Source: Sarea resinae
Lineage: Eukaryota
Direction of reading: 5' to 3'
Length of the DNA: 64,000 nucleotides
Assembly: GCA_026026165.1 (NCBI GenBank)
Contig: JAPEUD010000055.1
Span: 62,001-126,000, forward strand
The notes beneath the pieces are model-generated. The model made no database searches, was not told the DNA's origin, and worked only from the letters and a program-made list of their open reading frames with translations. A program made the position numbers and the translations under genes. Of this stretch, positions 27,411 to 40,444 are shown in pieces. Every line of letters starts with the position of its first letter. The stretch's first letter is position 1.

Positions 27411-28470
27411 GGGAGGGAGGGCTGGATTCGGGTAATGGGTCTCCGGAGTAGGAGGGTTGAAATGGCCACGTTCTTATTGATTAGCTTGTCACTCTCGCAT
27501 TGGGGAAATCGTACATCTGTCCTTGATATCTTGCAAGACTGAACGTCTGAACGGATGTGGAATACTATATGCATTGCTTCTCCGTGGCATCCAACGTGCC
27601 AGCCCTGGAGAGTGGCGTACTGCAATGCGCCTCGGCAAAGGGTCGAGGGTCGCCAGGGCTGAGGCGGAACACCGAAGAAGACGAGAGAAAGACGCAAGTG
27701 ATTCGCGATAGGATGACCATGATGATGACTCCGGTCTTCTTCCAGTCATCCACGTAAGGTAGTATATGGTTACTCCGGAGTAGAGTCGTAGTTGTCAATT
27801 CTGCGACTGCCCATTCATTCTCATCTCATCTCCTCTCCATCTTATCTCTGGTCTCTTTGATGGATGGCCAGCACCGACACCAACACCAGCACCGCCACAT
27901 CACCCCGTTAGGGCAATCTACGACGTTACTGTACTACGAATACTCTACGGCCCTTTCGCCATCCACACGACAGAAATCCCACGACGTCATTTGACAACTT
28001 CACCACCAGCAACAGCGTGACGCCCCGCCGCATCACCAAACCCACGAGGCCGAAGATGGAAGACTTTTGATGATCCAGATACACGAACACCTAGATACAC
28101 CTGCCTACGCACTTGCACATACTCCGACACATACACTTCACTTGCCGCATTCGTGATTGCAGATCCCCGGCATCTGATCCATCCTCGACGATTCACCCAC
28201 CCTCCCCCATTACGCCACGGACACGCTGATGCCTCGACGCATCGACCGTCAACCTTTTGATTCCATCAGATCCCTCTATTATCTACAACTTCATCATTAG
28301 ACATCAAGCGTTCAACGACGGCACGCCTCGCGAGGATCAGGGCGGAAGAGGGAAGAAGGGTAGAATAAACTGCGCCCTGGGGGTCTCGTCGACCAAGGTC
28401 ACCTCAACTACTTATTGGGCTCTTGATCCGTCACTTTCCATACCGATTCGGCTTCTCCAACCTCATCATC

Positions 28471-30029
28471 ATGGCGGACCGACCGGGCGAGAGAGAGATC
28501 GTGTATTGTCATGAGTGTGAGAACGAGTGGCACCGGGATGAACATGGACTCATATGTCCAAGATGTCAATCCGATTTTACTGAAATCGTGAGTCAGGCCC
28601 ATCACAGTCGAGAGGAAATGCACTGACAGCGCCAAGGTTGAACCCGACCATGATCCTCGAGACGACCTCTTCGGAGAAGGAGAGTCGCCATCACCCGGTC
28701 CGAACCCCTTCATGCTGCACAATCCCTGGGACAATCAAGCGCCGGATCCGGACGAAGACGATATCGATGAAGTCACCTACCGCAACATCCCCGGAGGCAT
28801 GGCTTTCACCCGCACCATTTACCGGTCAGGCTCTCCACGAGCGGGACCACCTGGAGCTCATGCACCGCGAGCAACGGGAGATCCTATGGCCGACAACTTC
28901 CAAACCCTACTACAAAACATCATGGGCCCTCAAGGGATGGCAACCGCTTTCCAGCCACGCTCTCCACCAGCCCCTGCTGGCCATCCGGGAGACGGACCGG
29001 GAAGTCCGCCGGGAAGTCCGCCGGGAAGTCCGCCAGGACAAGGACAGCAAGCCCAGAGTCCAGGCCCACGACCTCTCAGTGGCAGGATCTCCATCAACAC
29101 TGCGGGCAGACTATATCCGCGCGACGCCAACAATCCGCAGCCACAGATGCAGCCCGTCGATAACATCAACAGGTAAGTCCGTCGTTTTTCTTCCCATCAC
29201 AAGAGCCATCATTGACGTAGCTTTAAGCGTCCTCGGCCTCCTGTTTACCCATCTCAACGACATAAACCACCCTCCCGGCCAAGATCCCGACTCCAATCCA
29301 CCCCCGAACCCAAACGTGGCATTCAACCCGTTCGCCGCCCTCATGACCTCGATCCTTAATCCGGCCGCCGCCGCCCACGGTGACGCAGTCTACACGCAAG
29401 AAGCGCTCGATCGAGTCATCAGCCAATTGATGGAACAGAACGCATCGGGCAACGCGCCGGGCCCAGCCTCACCGGCCGCCATCGCGGCGCTGCCGAAACA
29501 GAAAATCACAACGGACATGCTGGACCCGTCGTCGGGCAAAGCGGACTGCAGCATCTGCATGGACGAGGTCGGCGTGGGCGAAGAGGTGACGATGCTGCCG
29601 TGCCACCACTGGTTCCACGGCGCGTGCATCGGCGCCTGGCTCGGCGAGCACGACACGTGTCCGCAGTGTCGGCAGGGCATCATGCCCAAGGACGGCGACG
29701 GCACGGGCGACGCGCCGCGCAGCTCGGACCAAGAGCCGCGGAACTCTCAGCGCGTCGGCGATGTGACTGCCGGCTCTTCGGCTGATCATCCCGTGCTCGT
29801 GGGCAGTAGTCCGCCCAGAGGGCCGCCGCCGCCGCCTGGTGCGTGGCCGACGGGTGGTGGAGGTGGCGGTGGAGGTGGCGGTGCAGCAGGAGGAGGAGAG
29901 AGCGGGTCCGGGGGTCTTGGATCGAGGGTGCGCGGTTGGTTTGGCGGTGGTGGTGGCGGTGGTGGTGGACAAGATACTGGCCATGGCAATGGCAGTGGCA
30001 ATGGCAGTGGAAACGGCTCGCATTCATGA
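28471..30029 (+). CDS. RING-H2 E3 ubiquitin ligase, RNF126/RNF115-like, 3 exons
   Basis: N-terminal zinc ribbon YCHEC...CPRCQSDFTEI, GDAVYTQEALDRVISQLM, RING CSIC...PCHHWFHGACI...CPQC. Introns 28588-28636 and 29173-29227. Confidence 0.92.
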
Positions 30030-30059
30030 ACTTGGCGGACCCTTGAACCTTGAACCGGG

Positions 30060-30815
30060 AACTTGCAACTGGAACCGAACCGAACTGATTGATGAGCTAG
30101 AACAAAGACAATGTTATGTAGCGGTCCCTTCTTCTTTTTCTTCTCTCCTTCTCTTCTCTTTCTTATCGATAATTCTTCTTCTTCTTCTCTCTTTCTCTCT
30201 TCCCGACTCGAGACTCGTGACTCGTGACTCGTGATTCTCCATCTCGCCTGGTCTCCTGGTTTCCCTGAATCAGTCAGTGGTGTGGGAAAGTGAGAAAAAT
30301 GGAGCAAGTGAGTGAGTGAGTGAGACAGCGTGAAAGTAGGGAAACCCGAGACCGTGTGAAAGTGAAAGTGAGCAGGTGACTTCCGTAACTTGACTGAGAA
30401 CATGAGAAGACAAGCAAAAGAAAGCAAGCAAGCAAGCAAAAGCAAGAACAGAAAGTAAGAAAGTCAATCCAACCAAAAAGCCCATCCACATCCACACTCC
30501 ACGCTCTACACAAATCACACCACACACAAAATCAAGAGGGAGGGTGTACTCGTACGAAGTCAGTGAGTAACAATAATCAACTAGATAGATGGATAGGTTT
30601 TCTTTTTGTGGGGGGGGGGGGGGCAGGGGGAAAGGGGCAATAATATACAACAAACACTCTACGAGATAAGATTGCACTCCAGTCCCACAATCCGATTCAA
30701 TCGAATCGAGAAAATTAATTCCCCTTTGTACCACTCTGAACGCTTTATTTTACTTTACACGCTTGACTTTACTATACACGCTTTACTTTACTATACACAC
30801 AGAGAGAGACAGAGG

Positions 30816-30847
<32 letters not shown>

Positions 30848-31260
30848 GGAAAGAAGGAACAAAGGGAGAAAAAGAAAGGGAAAGGGAAAGGGGAAAGGGG
30901 AAAAAGAAAGGGGAAAGAAAGCAAGGAAGGAAGTAAGAGAGAAAGAAAGGAAGGCGGAAAGAAAGAGAGGAGAAAAAGAAAGGGGAAAGAAAAAGGGAAA
31001 AGGGAAAAGAATATTTGATATGATATGATATAATATATACAACGGCTTCTCCCCCCCCTCTTCTGCTCCCTTTCTCCCCCCCTCTCTCTCTCCCCTTTAC
31101 CAAAGCCGTTCCCGTTGCCTATCTACCTTCCATACCTACGTGATTACTCGGCGAAAAAGAAAAGAACAGCAGCCTAGCCCAGCCCAGCCCAGCCAAACAA
31201 GCAAACCAACGAGAACACAAGAAAAGAAAAACGAAAAGGAGGAGCCCCGAAACCGCTTAA
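30060..31260. repeat. SSR-dense intergenic region: (GA)n 30801-30841, (GCAA)n, (GTGA)n, purine-rich GAAA arrays, poly-G
   Basis: Direct reading; lies between the convergent RING E3 and BST1 3' ends. Confidence 0.9.
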
Positions 31261-31291
31261 AAACATGGCATGGAGCCGATGCTGATCTAGT

Positions 31292-34200
31292 CTACGGTCT
31301 CTTCTTCGCTCTCCTCCCATCATCGCTGTCGTCGTCGTCGAAACCGCTACCGCCGCCACCGCCGCCCATGGCCATCCCCATTCCCATTCCCCCGCCCATG
31401 CCCATACCCATACCCATGCCCATGCCATCGCTGCTCGGCGCGGGCGAGGAGCCATCCAGGATCTGCGACAGGCCGGCCAGCGAGAAGAGCGGCGTGTCCG
31501 AGGCGGCGGACGAGTCGGCGAGCGAGGCCGAGAAATGCACGGTGACGAGCCAGGCGGCGACGGCGTTGACGAGGTGGTGGAGGAGGTAGGCGTACGTGAC
31601 GCCGTAGAGGGCGGCGTAGAGAGCCAGCACGAAGAGGAGGACGTTGGTGATGAGGCGGAGGCTGTGCGGTGACTGTTGTTAGCAAGGCACGCACTTGACA
31701 GAACTTACTGATTGAGGAGGTCGACATGGAAAGATGAGCGTGTTGGAAACATAAAGGGACTCACCGAGAGGTTATCCGTGGGATCATCTTGCCGCCGCTG
31801 AGAGTCTCGACGAGGAGGATCAGTGGCATGATGGAGAGGACGTTGTGGTGCGAGGAGAATGGGGTAAGCCAGTGGACGGCGAGGTTATGGACCCAGACCA
31901 CCAGAACAGGAACGTTGATGGGCAGCACCCAAAGCATTAGTATCAGCACCGAGTGTGCGTAATTATAAAAGTTGAAATGACTTCTAGATCGCTACGAAGG
32001 CAAAAGGGTCAGCTGGGTCGAGGGGAGAACTTTTCGGCCCAAAACTCACTATTTCACGAGCCAAAGTCAAAGCTCGTGTGCAAGTCGTAATTTGTACAAT
32101 ACAAGCAACCAAATACGCGAATTGGTATGGGATAAGAGTCGAGACGAAAAGGAGGAGGATGCTTGTCGTGATGAGGCGGCGTCGAGGTGAGCTTGCAGTG
32201 AAATAGGTCGTTGGAATCCTCCTGAGAATTGTCAACGTCATCCTTTCTTTGCAGGATCAAAACACCTTACCTTCTGTCGTCATCTCTGAACCACCCCGTT
32301 CGGGTACAAAATCCATGTACATTAGAAAGGATATGAAGAACGGTCAAAGCTGCATAATTGACTACAACACAAACACCCACCGTGACCGCACCAAACAGTG
32401 GTACAAGGAACCAAAAGAACGGATCCTGCGAGCCCAAGAGAAGGTCATTTCTGGTAAAGTCGAGGGCCGACTCGGTAGAATTCCGTCGCCAGCCGAGTAA
32501 TCCAGAAGCAGATGGTTTCAGCGAAATGAAGTTTGACTTGGCCATCGACATGGCCAGCACAGACAATGCGACAAAGACAAGGGGGAGAGACGACCGTAAG
32601 CACTCGTCCATGGCCTCCAAAAAACTCAGAAAGACACCTAAACCTGTAAGCAAAAAAAGACCATCAAAGGGTACGGATGACACTAACCAGTCTGGTCATA
32701 CACCTTGAATTGCTTTCTCAACACGAGCGCAACGACAAGGAGAGGAAACGCGGCGAAGACAGTTCGATAGCGCATCACAAGTTTGCCTAGACTTCCCGGC
32801 ATATCCACTTTCAACGACAGGTCCACTGGGGTGTTACAAGTTGGGTCGGACCACAGCTGCAGGGACAGTCCGTTCTTATTCGCCTGCGCCCGTAAAGGTG
32901 GCGGCATATAGGGTGCAATACCGTGTAGGTTGATGTTCGCCTCTTTCACATTGACAAAGAATTTCGACTCGAATGGCTCGGTGATATACTGCCGCAGTAA
33001 AGGCGAGAAGAGCTCCTTGTTGGCCTCACATGCTGGAGAGGCCACACTCAGCTTGTAGGCTAGCAAGCTTGAGTGTAGGGCCGGTATCTTGACTTCCGTG
33101 ACTAATGGCCGGTTTGCAGGCAACCTCACCCTTACCCCAGTAGTGAGCAGAGAATGAAGACCGATATCCTTTTTCCAATGCACTGCTTCATTGTTGTCAC
33201 TGAACTCGGCAACCACCCATCCGGATGTGGGGTTGACGGCCTTGTCAACCACGGCAACGAATTGATGCTCCGAAAGATCCTCCAAGTCGTATTGCAAGTA
33301 CGAGAAAGGAGCCGCCTCCTCGAAAGCATTTTTGGAAGTTCGCGTTGAAGCCGGCAATTGGATCACGTCAGAAGCTGCATTCTTGCAAGCAAGCCGAGTC
33401 GAGCCGGAACTATCGCCAGAGAGATCCATATTCATTGAAAAAAGGGTTGCCGATTGCCCTACTTGCAGAGGGAACACGCTGCAGAAGAGCACTTCTAGCT
33501 TTCCGACTTCGCCAGGGGCGTCGAGCTTCTGGTTCGACAGAAGCGTGAACCTTTTTCCTCCTGGCGTTCCCTGAGGTGGAACTGGTAACAGATATGCCCG
33601 TGGTTTCCGAGAACGGCCAAAGTCTCGAAGAGTCAGCCTTTCGCCCTGAGAGATGATAGAATTTGAGTTGTCTTCAAGAGTCAGGAGGGTGGTCGGATCT
33701 TTGTGCGGTAGTGTCTTTTCCGCCACGCTCTCCATGCCGGTCAAGAACCAGCTTTTGAATATACGCATCCGCTCCGCTCTAGGTTTTGTCTGGCTAGGTC
33801 TCTGCGCATCTACAGCATCGATCAATGACCGGATGATAATCTTTCGGAACTGATCACACCATAAGATGGACAGATGATCCATTCCCGTCCACACATTTGG
33901 GACCGATGAAGTAAAGACGGTAAAGCCGTGAGTGTCAGGAACCAAGGACGCCAGGCTTGCGTAGTCGGAGGGAACGACCGTATCCAGACCGCCTCCAGCT
34001 ATCGAGATGAGAGTAACATGCCAAAGAGGGTTATTGTTTGCCCACTTCTGCGAATATGCCTTTCTCCAGTAATTGTTGATCTTTTCGTACGTCCGTACAA
34101 TGTCGGCATCGAAAGAGACCGGCGGGCGTGCGTGTGGTGCCGACATGGTAACGATCGTATTGATCGAGTTCGACTGATAATTCGGCATTATCAACATCGT

Positions 34201-35196
34201 GCGAGCGACAATGCCGCCCATGGAATGTCCCACCAATATTACTGAGCTTGGATCGGGAAGACTCATGTCCCGTCGTGAGCGCCGCGGGTCATGGTATAGC
34301 GATAATATATAGGCCACGGCCTCATTCAGATACTCGGCCTGGTCCAGCATGGTCTGGCCATGGAAAGCGGTTATATCTTCGTTGAAGTCGACGGTGAAAA
34401 AATCCAAGCTCCGCGTCCCGCTCTTAATCGCTTTCTCGTCATGCTGCACTACGTCGTGAAAATACTGAGCCGCCTCCGCAGCCAGAGGTCTGACTTGCTT
34501 GTAGCTGCCGGCATTTCCGGGTATAAACAGAACGGGAACTCCTTTGACCTGCATCGCGTTAGTTCAATGCTTCAATGATCCATCTTGAAGATTGGTCACC
34601 TTGGTGTCCTCATCAATACCACCCTCCCTATACAAATACAATGAATATTTACTGGCAAAACGGGTATGCTCCGTGTCGAAATCCACGAGCTTCGCAAAGG
34701 CAGGCCGCATCATCGACATGCGGCATCCTTTAGGATCCAGCTGCCTCGTAGCGAACGAGTGGACAATGGCGAAGAGAAGGGTCAAGGAGACGATGGTCGT
34801 GACCAGCGTGGCGAGCGAGCAGGACCACGGACTGCGCATGCGCGACCTGTGTCGTAATCGCAGGCTCGGCATCTTGTCAATCGAGCGATCGTCGCCGAGG
34901 GGTATGATTGTTTGCAGGCTCTTCTCCTCAGCGCTGTCGGCGGGCGACGCAGGTTTCCATGGACTGGCCCTCTCGGCGGCTGAAATGACCTCGACGTCGA
35001 CCTCCACTTCGCCCTCCTTTCCCCTTCTCTTGAAATTCTGATCCTCTGATTGCTCCGTGGTGGCGCCTTCCTGCAAACAGCCTATCTCCTGTTGTTTGTG
35101 AGGCCCATGGCCATCTACCGTGAGAGTCCCAACGCCGGGCAGGCTGTCGTCTTCGTCGTCTTCCTGGCCGGTCGAGCCAGACGGCCGCCTCCGCAT
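31292..35196 (-). CDS. BST1: GPI inositol-deacylase (PGAP1 family), multi-exon
   Basis: GCRMSMMRP, SKYSLYLYREG, PVLFIPGNAGSYKQVR, lipase motif ILVGHSMGGIVA, MDHLSILWC, multiple C-terminal TM exons. Confidence 0.95.
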
Positions 35197-35859
35197 TTAA
35201 GTCGAGGTCAATGGCGCGATCCGGCCACACTCAGGGTTCGCGTCGTCGGTCGCAGATGCTCACGCAGTCGGTTTGGGGTGAGGCCAAGAATGGAGGCCAA
35301 GACGGGGGAGAAGACCTGGCCGTGATGGGGGATTGATGGGGGACTTTGAGGGGGAGACACAGGTACCAGTGAACAGGTAGGGAGAGCAGCAGGATGCGAA
35401 GTAGCGGCAGAAGCAGTGTTGAATCCCATGAGGGTGCAAGGTGCGCAGTGGAGTGCAGCACGAAAGGACGGAAGTACCTGAGGTACCGCTGGGGAGAGTG
35501 CGCACGCTAGGTACTTCGCGGTTAGAGCAAGTCCGTACTGGGTAAGGCAATTTGCCGCAACATGGATGCGCGAGGGTCGGCAGGGTACCAGTCGAGTACG
35601 TACTGCGCAGTACCGCGTCGCTTAGGGAGCCAAAGCGACGTCCTTTATTCCTGATCTGGTGTGATGCAGTCCCTCCAGGGCTCCAGCGACTCTACAGCAG
35701 AGCCCGGTACCTTTAATCTTGGCAATTCCGGATGTCAACGGCCGCAACCAATGGCGGTACCTGTCGTGACCACCGCCCGCCGCCAAATCCTGCCCTTTCT
35801 GCTCTGTCGTCCTAGTACTCCGAGTACCCAGTACCTCTCCCAGCCATCCACCTCCATCC

Positions 35860-37650
35860 CTATCGGTACCTTACATTATCATCCATGGATGGACAAATTC
35901 GGATCCGGATGCGCGCAATCGCTCTATCCGTCCATGAGAACGGTACAGTAGTGATCGACATCAATGCATCACGGAACCACTGAATTATCCCATCATGATG
36001 ACCTCTTCCATACATAGCATCCGCACAGCCGCCAAGACCCACCTCCTTGGTCTCTGAAATTGGCTGACAACGAACTGCGTTGGACGGCCGGGCCTCGAAC
36101 ATCATGTTGATCAGCTCGATGTCGTTGCCGGCTACCTATCATTGATGGGCGGTCTATCTCCCGATAAGACTCCCGTCCGCGTCTCCGTATGGATGTCGCG
36201 AGTACGACAAATCATCATAGTCTAACATCGATGAGATCATTTAAGCATCAAGAAAGCGCCTGTGGGGTCGATGGAGGGCTCAAAGTGGTCTTGGTATTGG
36301 CCCAGAAAGTCTCGATCGGCAGTCTGTCTCGCCGTCACTCGCATAGCCACCCGGAAGTCAGTCGCATTAGTCTGATGCCGCCGAAGACGTGAAAGGGCAT
36401 CGCCAGCGCCTAAGTCGTAATATGATTGTTGCCGGTCAACTAAGTCCCCAAGGCAAGCCCTGGCTGCGCGCGAAGAGGACTTTGGGATATCGCACCGCTT
36501 ATCGAGACACCTCCTGCTGACATCTGATCTCAAGTCGCTCCCTCGAAAGGTCGGAGCAATTCTCAGCGCCATGCGATCAGCAGCTAGGTACTTGTGGTCT
36601 AATGGAAGAGATTCATCCGGATTGATGCAGATCTCCAAAACGCCCCCAAACCAAGGATTGCCAATTCGACCAGAGGTGCATGGAGTTCTTGAATTGTACC
36701 ATGGGCGGTACCATGTCGCTTTGTAGAGCCAGTCATCATTCGATTCCCGTCTCCACGCCCTCTGCAGCATTACGCGTTTTTCGAATCTCGCGTCCACCTC
36801 CTGCTTTGCAATACTCTTCTGCAGCCTGGAAGTAAACAAAAAGTACCGGAAGATACAAGCAAAGGGACAATGAGAACGGAAATCAGGATCTGAGAGAAGA
36901 GTCGATTACGTTATTCTGATAATTTGAATCTCCAGTAGCCAATCGCCTAGATGGTGCTACATACGCGCTCTTTGCGGTGATTATTTAAGTGAGGAGTGAA
37001 TAAATAAAAACAAATCTTCATCCAGATGAACACTTCTGAAGATCGCAACATCGTTCGAAGTACTCTAGAGTAGACATTCGTGAACAAAAAGCAGAATTGA
37101 AGAAACAAATTCGAGGACAGCGTAAAAGATTTATTCAACCGAGACTAAAGTAAATCCTTCAACTATTTGAACGTCGAACTAAACAATCAAACCGGTCGAG
37201 AAAGTACGTACTGGATAAGCAGATGCTCACTGGTCTTCGATCTATCTCATAGTGCCAGCTTACTGGCATTCACCACCTATCAGACCGCCCCATGCTCCAG
37301 ACCTCCAAGGTCAGAACGAACAGTAGAAACCGCAATCACCGAATGGCAAATCACCGCGATCCACCTATATCCTCCGTTGTCTCGCATTCAGACCTACTGT
37401 CCCTATGCTAACTTCCAGTTTGTGAGGCCCCGCCATCTCCGCTCCAGGGCTCTCTTCGAGCTCTCAGTCTGAATATATTGCGGACAGTGGCTCCAACCAA
37501 GCACATACGACCATAGGTTGTGGAAAACAGAGGATCCCGTCCGCTCTCCTGAACTTAATCCCCAAACCGGTGGATTAGTAGTTGGGTCGGTGACGACCAG
37601 CGAATACCCACTGTTGTATGTTTTTTTATTTTGTCTTTTGCCATTCCTCA
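35860..37650 (-). pseudogene. Possible degenerate gene; 200-aa ORF at 36237-36839 plus interrupted frames with weak ankyrin-like segments
   Basis: Protein-like ORF. Adjacent frames read YGDADGSLIGR*TAHQ**VAGNDIELINMMFEA and ADAMYGRGHHDGIIQWF. Boundaries are uncertain. Confidence 0.3.
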
Positions 37651-38106
37651 AGCTCTTGCTATCTTGTCTGGGAGAGAGAATTGACCTTTCATGGTTCGTG
37701 TTTGAGGATGGCGATTGGTAAGAGCGAAAGGAGTGGCCGAGGTCACAATGCTCTTACTGGTCCAGAATTCTGTTCAAGCCAGAGGCGGTGATGTATGATC
37801 ATTTTAGTGGAATTGTTCTATTAGATTGCTATTTTGTTTCTCATTTACGTTTCCAGATCATCAGACGCGCTTGGACTTATCCTTCGAAGCATCGTGTTGC
37901 CTCCACGCGACAGGCCGACCCGGGACAGCCATGCGCTAATCAACCTTTCTGGCTCGGCCGCACGCAACCACTAGAATCAGCCAATCAAACGAGCTTCTAA
38001 GCACTCTAAGAAGTATCATCGTACCCCGTTCCCAATTTCTCATAGTTGCTCCTTCCCTGCCAATCCACTGGACATAGTGTCGGTTAGGACGGTACTCTTT
38101 CAATAA

Positions 38107-38220
38107 GGTGGGATGGCCGAGTTGGTTATGGCGCCAGGTTAAGGTCCACCTTAGCATTGTGGTTTATCACAAGTTCCTGGTTCGGGTAACTGAGCGTGGG
38201 TTCGAGTCCCACTCCCATCA
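38107..38220 (+). tRNA. tRNA-Leu(AAG) with a 30-nt intron (38145-38174)
   Basis: Acceptor stem GGTGGGA/TCCCATC+A; A-box TGGCCGAGTTGG; anticodon stem CCAGG/CCTGG with loop TT-AAG-G; long variable arm; T-loop GGTTCGAGTCC; downstream T-runs (Pol III terminator). Confidence 0.95.
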
Positions 38221-40444
38221 ATATATTTTTTGCTCTTTTTTTGCTCTTCTACACTGTCACTCGCTGTGCCGCGCGACAATTGCGCTGTAAGGGGAGGATG
38301 GCTGGCTTAGGCGATGGATGAAAATAATTTTCTGCTTATTGGGTGAGTGGGAAGGCTGGTGGGAAGGCCGGGGGGTAGTGGGGAGGGACGTACACATTTC
38401 TGTTCTACCTTACATATCACATTTACTTCTGCTTGGGAGTTGAACACTGAAAGGGCAATAGATGGAGTGGATTCATTCTTCAATACTAGATAACGACTCT
38501 CTCGGGTATATCAATCATACCGGCCGAGATAGTATTTATTGAATACCTTAATATATCTTGCAATCGTGAGCCGAACAAAGCCTCAAAGTATCGACACAGC
38601 CTGATTATATGTAGCTCTAAAACCACGGAGGGTGAAAGAGAGGTGAATGCAGCATTCTCTGTCACCATTTCTTAAATACGGCCCAAAGCAAACAGTGTCT
38701 TGAATTCTCCCTGAGTAGCCTAGAACGGCGGTATAGATTCTTTCTTTTTTTTTAAATTCAGTCTTTCTCAGGGTACTTCTTAGCTCAGAACAATTTATGA
38801 TGGTCTCTTCAAGGAATAGAATATGATATTCGTAAGCTTAGGGTAGATACTGCTTCATGAAATTTCTAACAAGGCTAGGCGGTCGAGAAATGAGATCGGA
38901 ATGCGATCATCGCGGTCGCTGGTCGCCGGTCGCTGGTTGCTGTGAGGCGGATAGATGAATACCTACCTTGGGAGGCGGCACATATGTTGTCGGAATACAA
39001 TATGTAGACGAATTACAAGCAAGTCCTTAAGGGGGCGCTACCCTTCTGGCTTGTTGTCGGACATATGTCCGCTACTGTGCAGCTGAAGCGCCTTAAGCTA
39101 AAGAGGAGCAAGTTTCAGGAGAGAGAACGGGGCATAACGTTTGGCATCTTCTACTCGACTGGCAATGTAACACACAGAGGAGAGAAATTGAGGCTCAAGA
39201 TCCCGCAGCTCAGGAGTCGGGTCTGCGCATTTAGAAGTCGTGGGTGGGTACAGAGCATTGACGAGCCCTAGGATCTCACGGGGTGGTGGCAGGCTAGCTT
39301 GGCTTTTGTTAAGCCCATGGAGGGGTTTTTCCGAATTGAGTGATTGTCAGATTTAGGCCTTTAGACTCGGCTTCTTTACCTTCAGCAAGGGGTAGGTAGG
39401 TATTAGAGCCCCTACTATGGCAGCCCTGGACCTCAAGGCAGTCAGGACATCTCTACTGTTCTATGACCACTGTCGGCACCATCGCCGTGCCTCTCCTTGT
39501 CTTTGAGTCCTCTTCGCCAAGAAATGTTAGCATTCCTTGTCAGTTGCAGTGGCTTGTAGCGATAACAAATTGACCTGGGTCACACAAGTAGCCCATTCGG
39601 GCGAGCATACGGTGTCTCAACAATTTCGTGCATCCGTCATAACAGGAAAAGGTCATTAGGCAATACGTTTTACTATATTGCATAGGAGACAGTAAAGATG
39701 AGCTCTGATAGGGCTATGCCCAATTTTGCCATTGACGCACCCTTCACTCTAGGCCTGGCGGTGCTTGTTTCCTACGTTACCTACCTAGGTAGGCCTATTC
39801 ATAGGATAGCACCCGGCCTAAGCTTGGCCAGTACATGCTGGAATGGGTATTCCAGGGTCAGGGTCGGAGAAGCCAGCAGTTGAGATGTAGCGATTTACTT
39901 CCCAAAGCGGGATGAGAGGAAAACAGCCATCTAGAAGAAATGAGACCGATCTGCTCATCACCTGGCCATTCCCTCCGCAGACAAGCGGCCTCTGCTTTCC
40001 GGATTTCAAGGCTGTCCGAAAGCAGCGAACCAGCGGATCCAGGATAACATCGAGAATGTCTTCCTTTCAACATACCTCTAGTGCAAGCATTCCTTATGCA
40101 ACCTAGAGCTTGGGAATGTGGCACCACATCGTGTCACAAACGGAGGCGGTGTCAGGAATGTTCCGTTTCCAGACATATAACGACAGATTAAGTCAATAGT
40201 TTCTACAATGCTAGCTGATCGCCGCAAACGACAAGCTGGGGTAGAGATATGTGGTCGCCAACTCCTTTAGCTCGAACACGGTCAATCTGATTCGGTCTTT
40301 CGCAGGAGCGAGACGTTTGATAGCAGCATCGTTTGCGGAATTCTTACTGATTGTCAATGCTATAAAGCAGAGGTACGTTGCCCACCAGCTCAGTCTTGAC
40401 GTCTCCTTACCGACGCTCTTGAAGAACTTCTCTATACCTTGACC

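Noticed and set aside
28995..29035. 12-bp tandem repeat CCGGGAAGTCCG x3 as a CRISPR-like or regulatory array
   Set aside because: It is a coding repeat (PGSP)n in the RING E3 gene with no spacers; the sequence is eukaryotic.
38984..39062. TGTTGTCGGA repeated twice as possible LTR ends
   Set aside because: Only 10 bp and ~70 bp apart; no LTR pair or target-site duplication was found.
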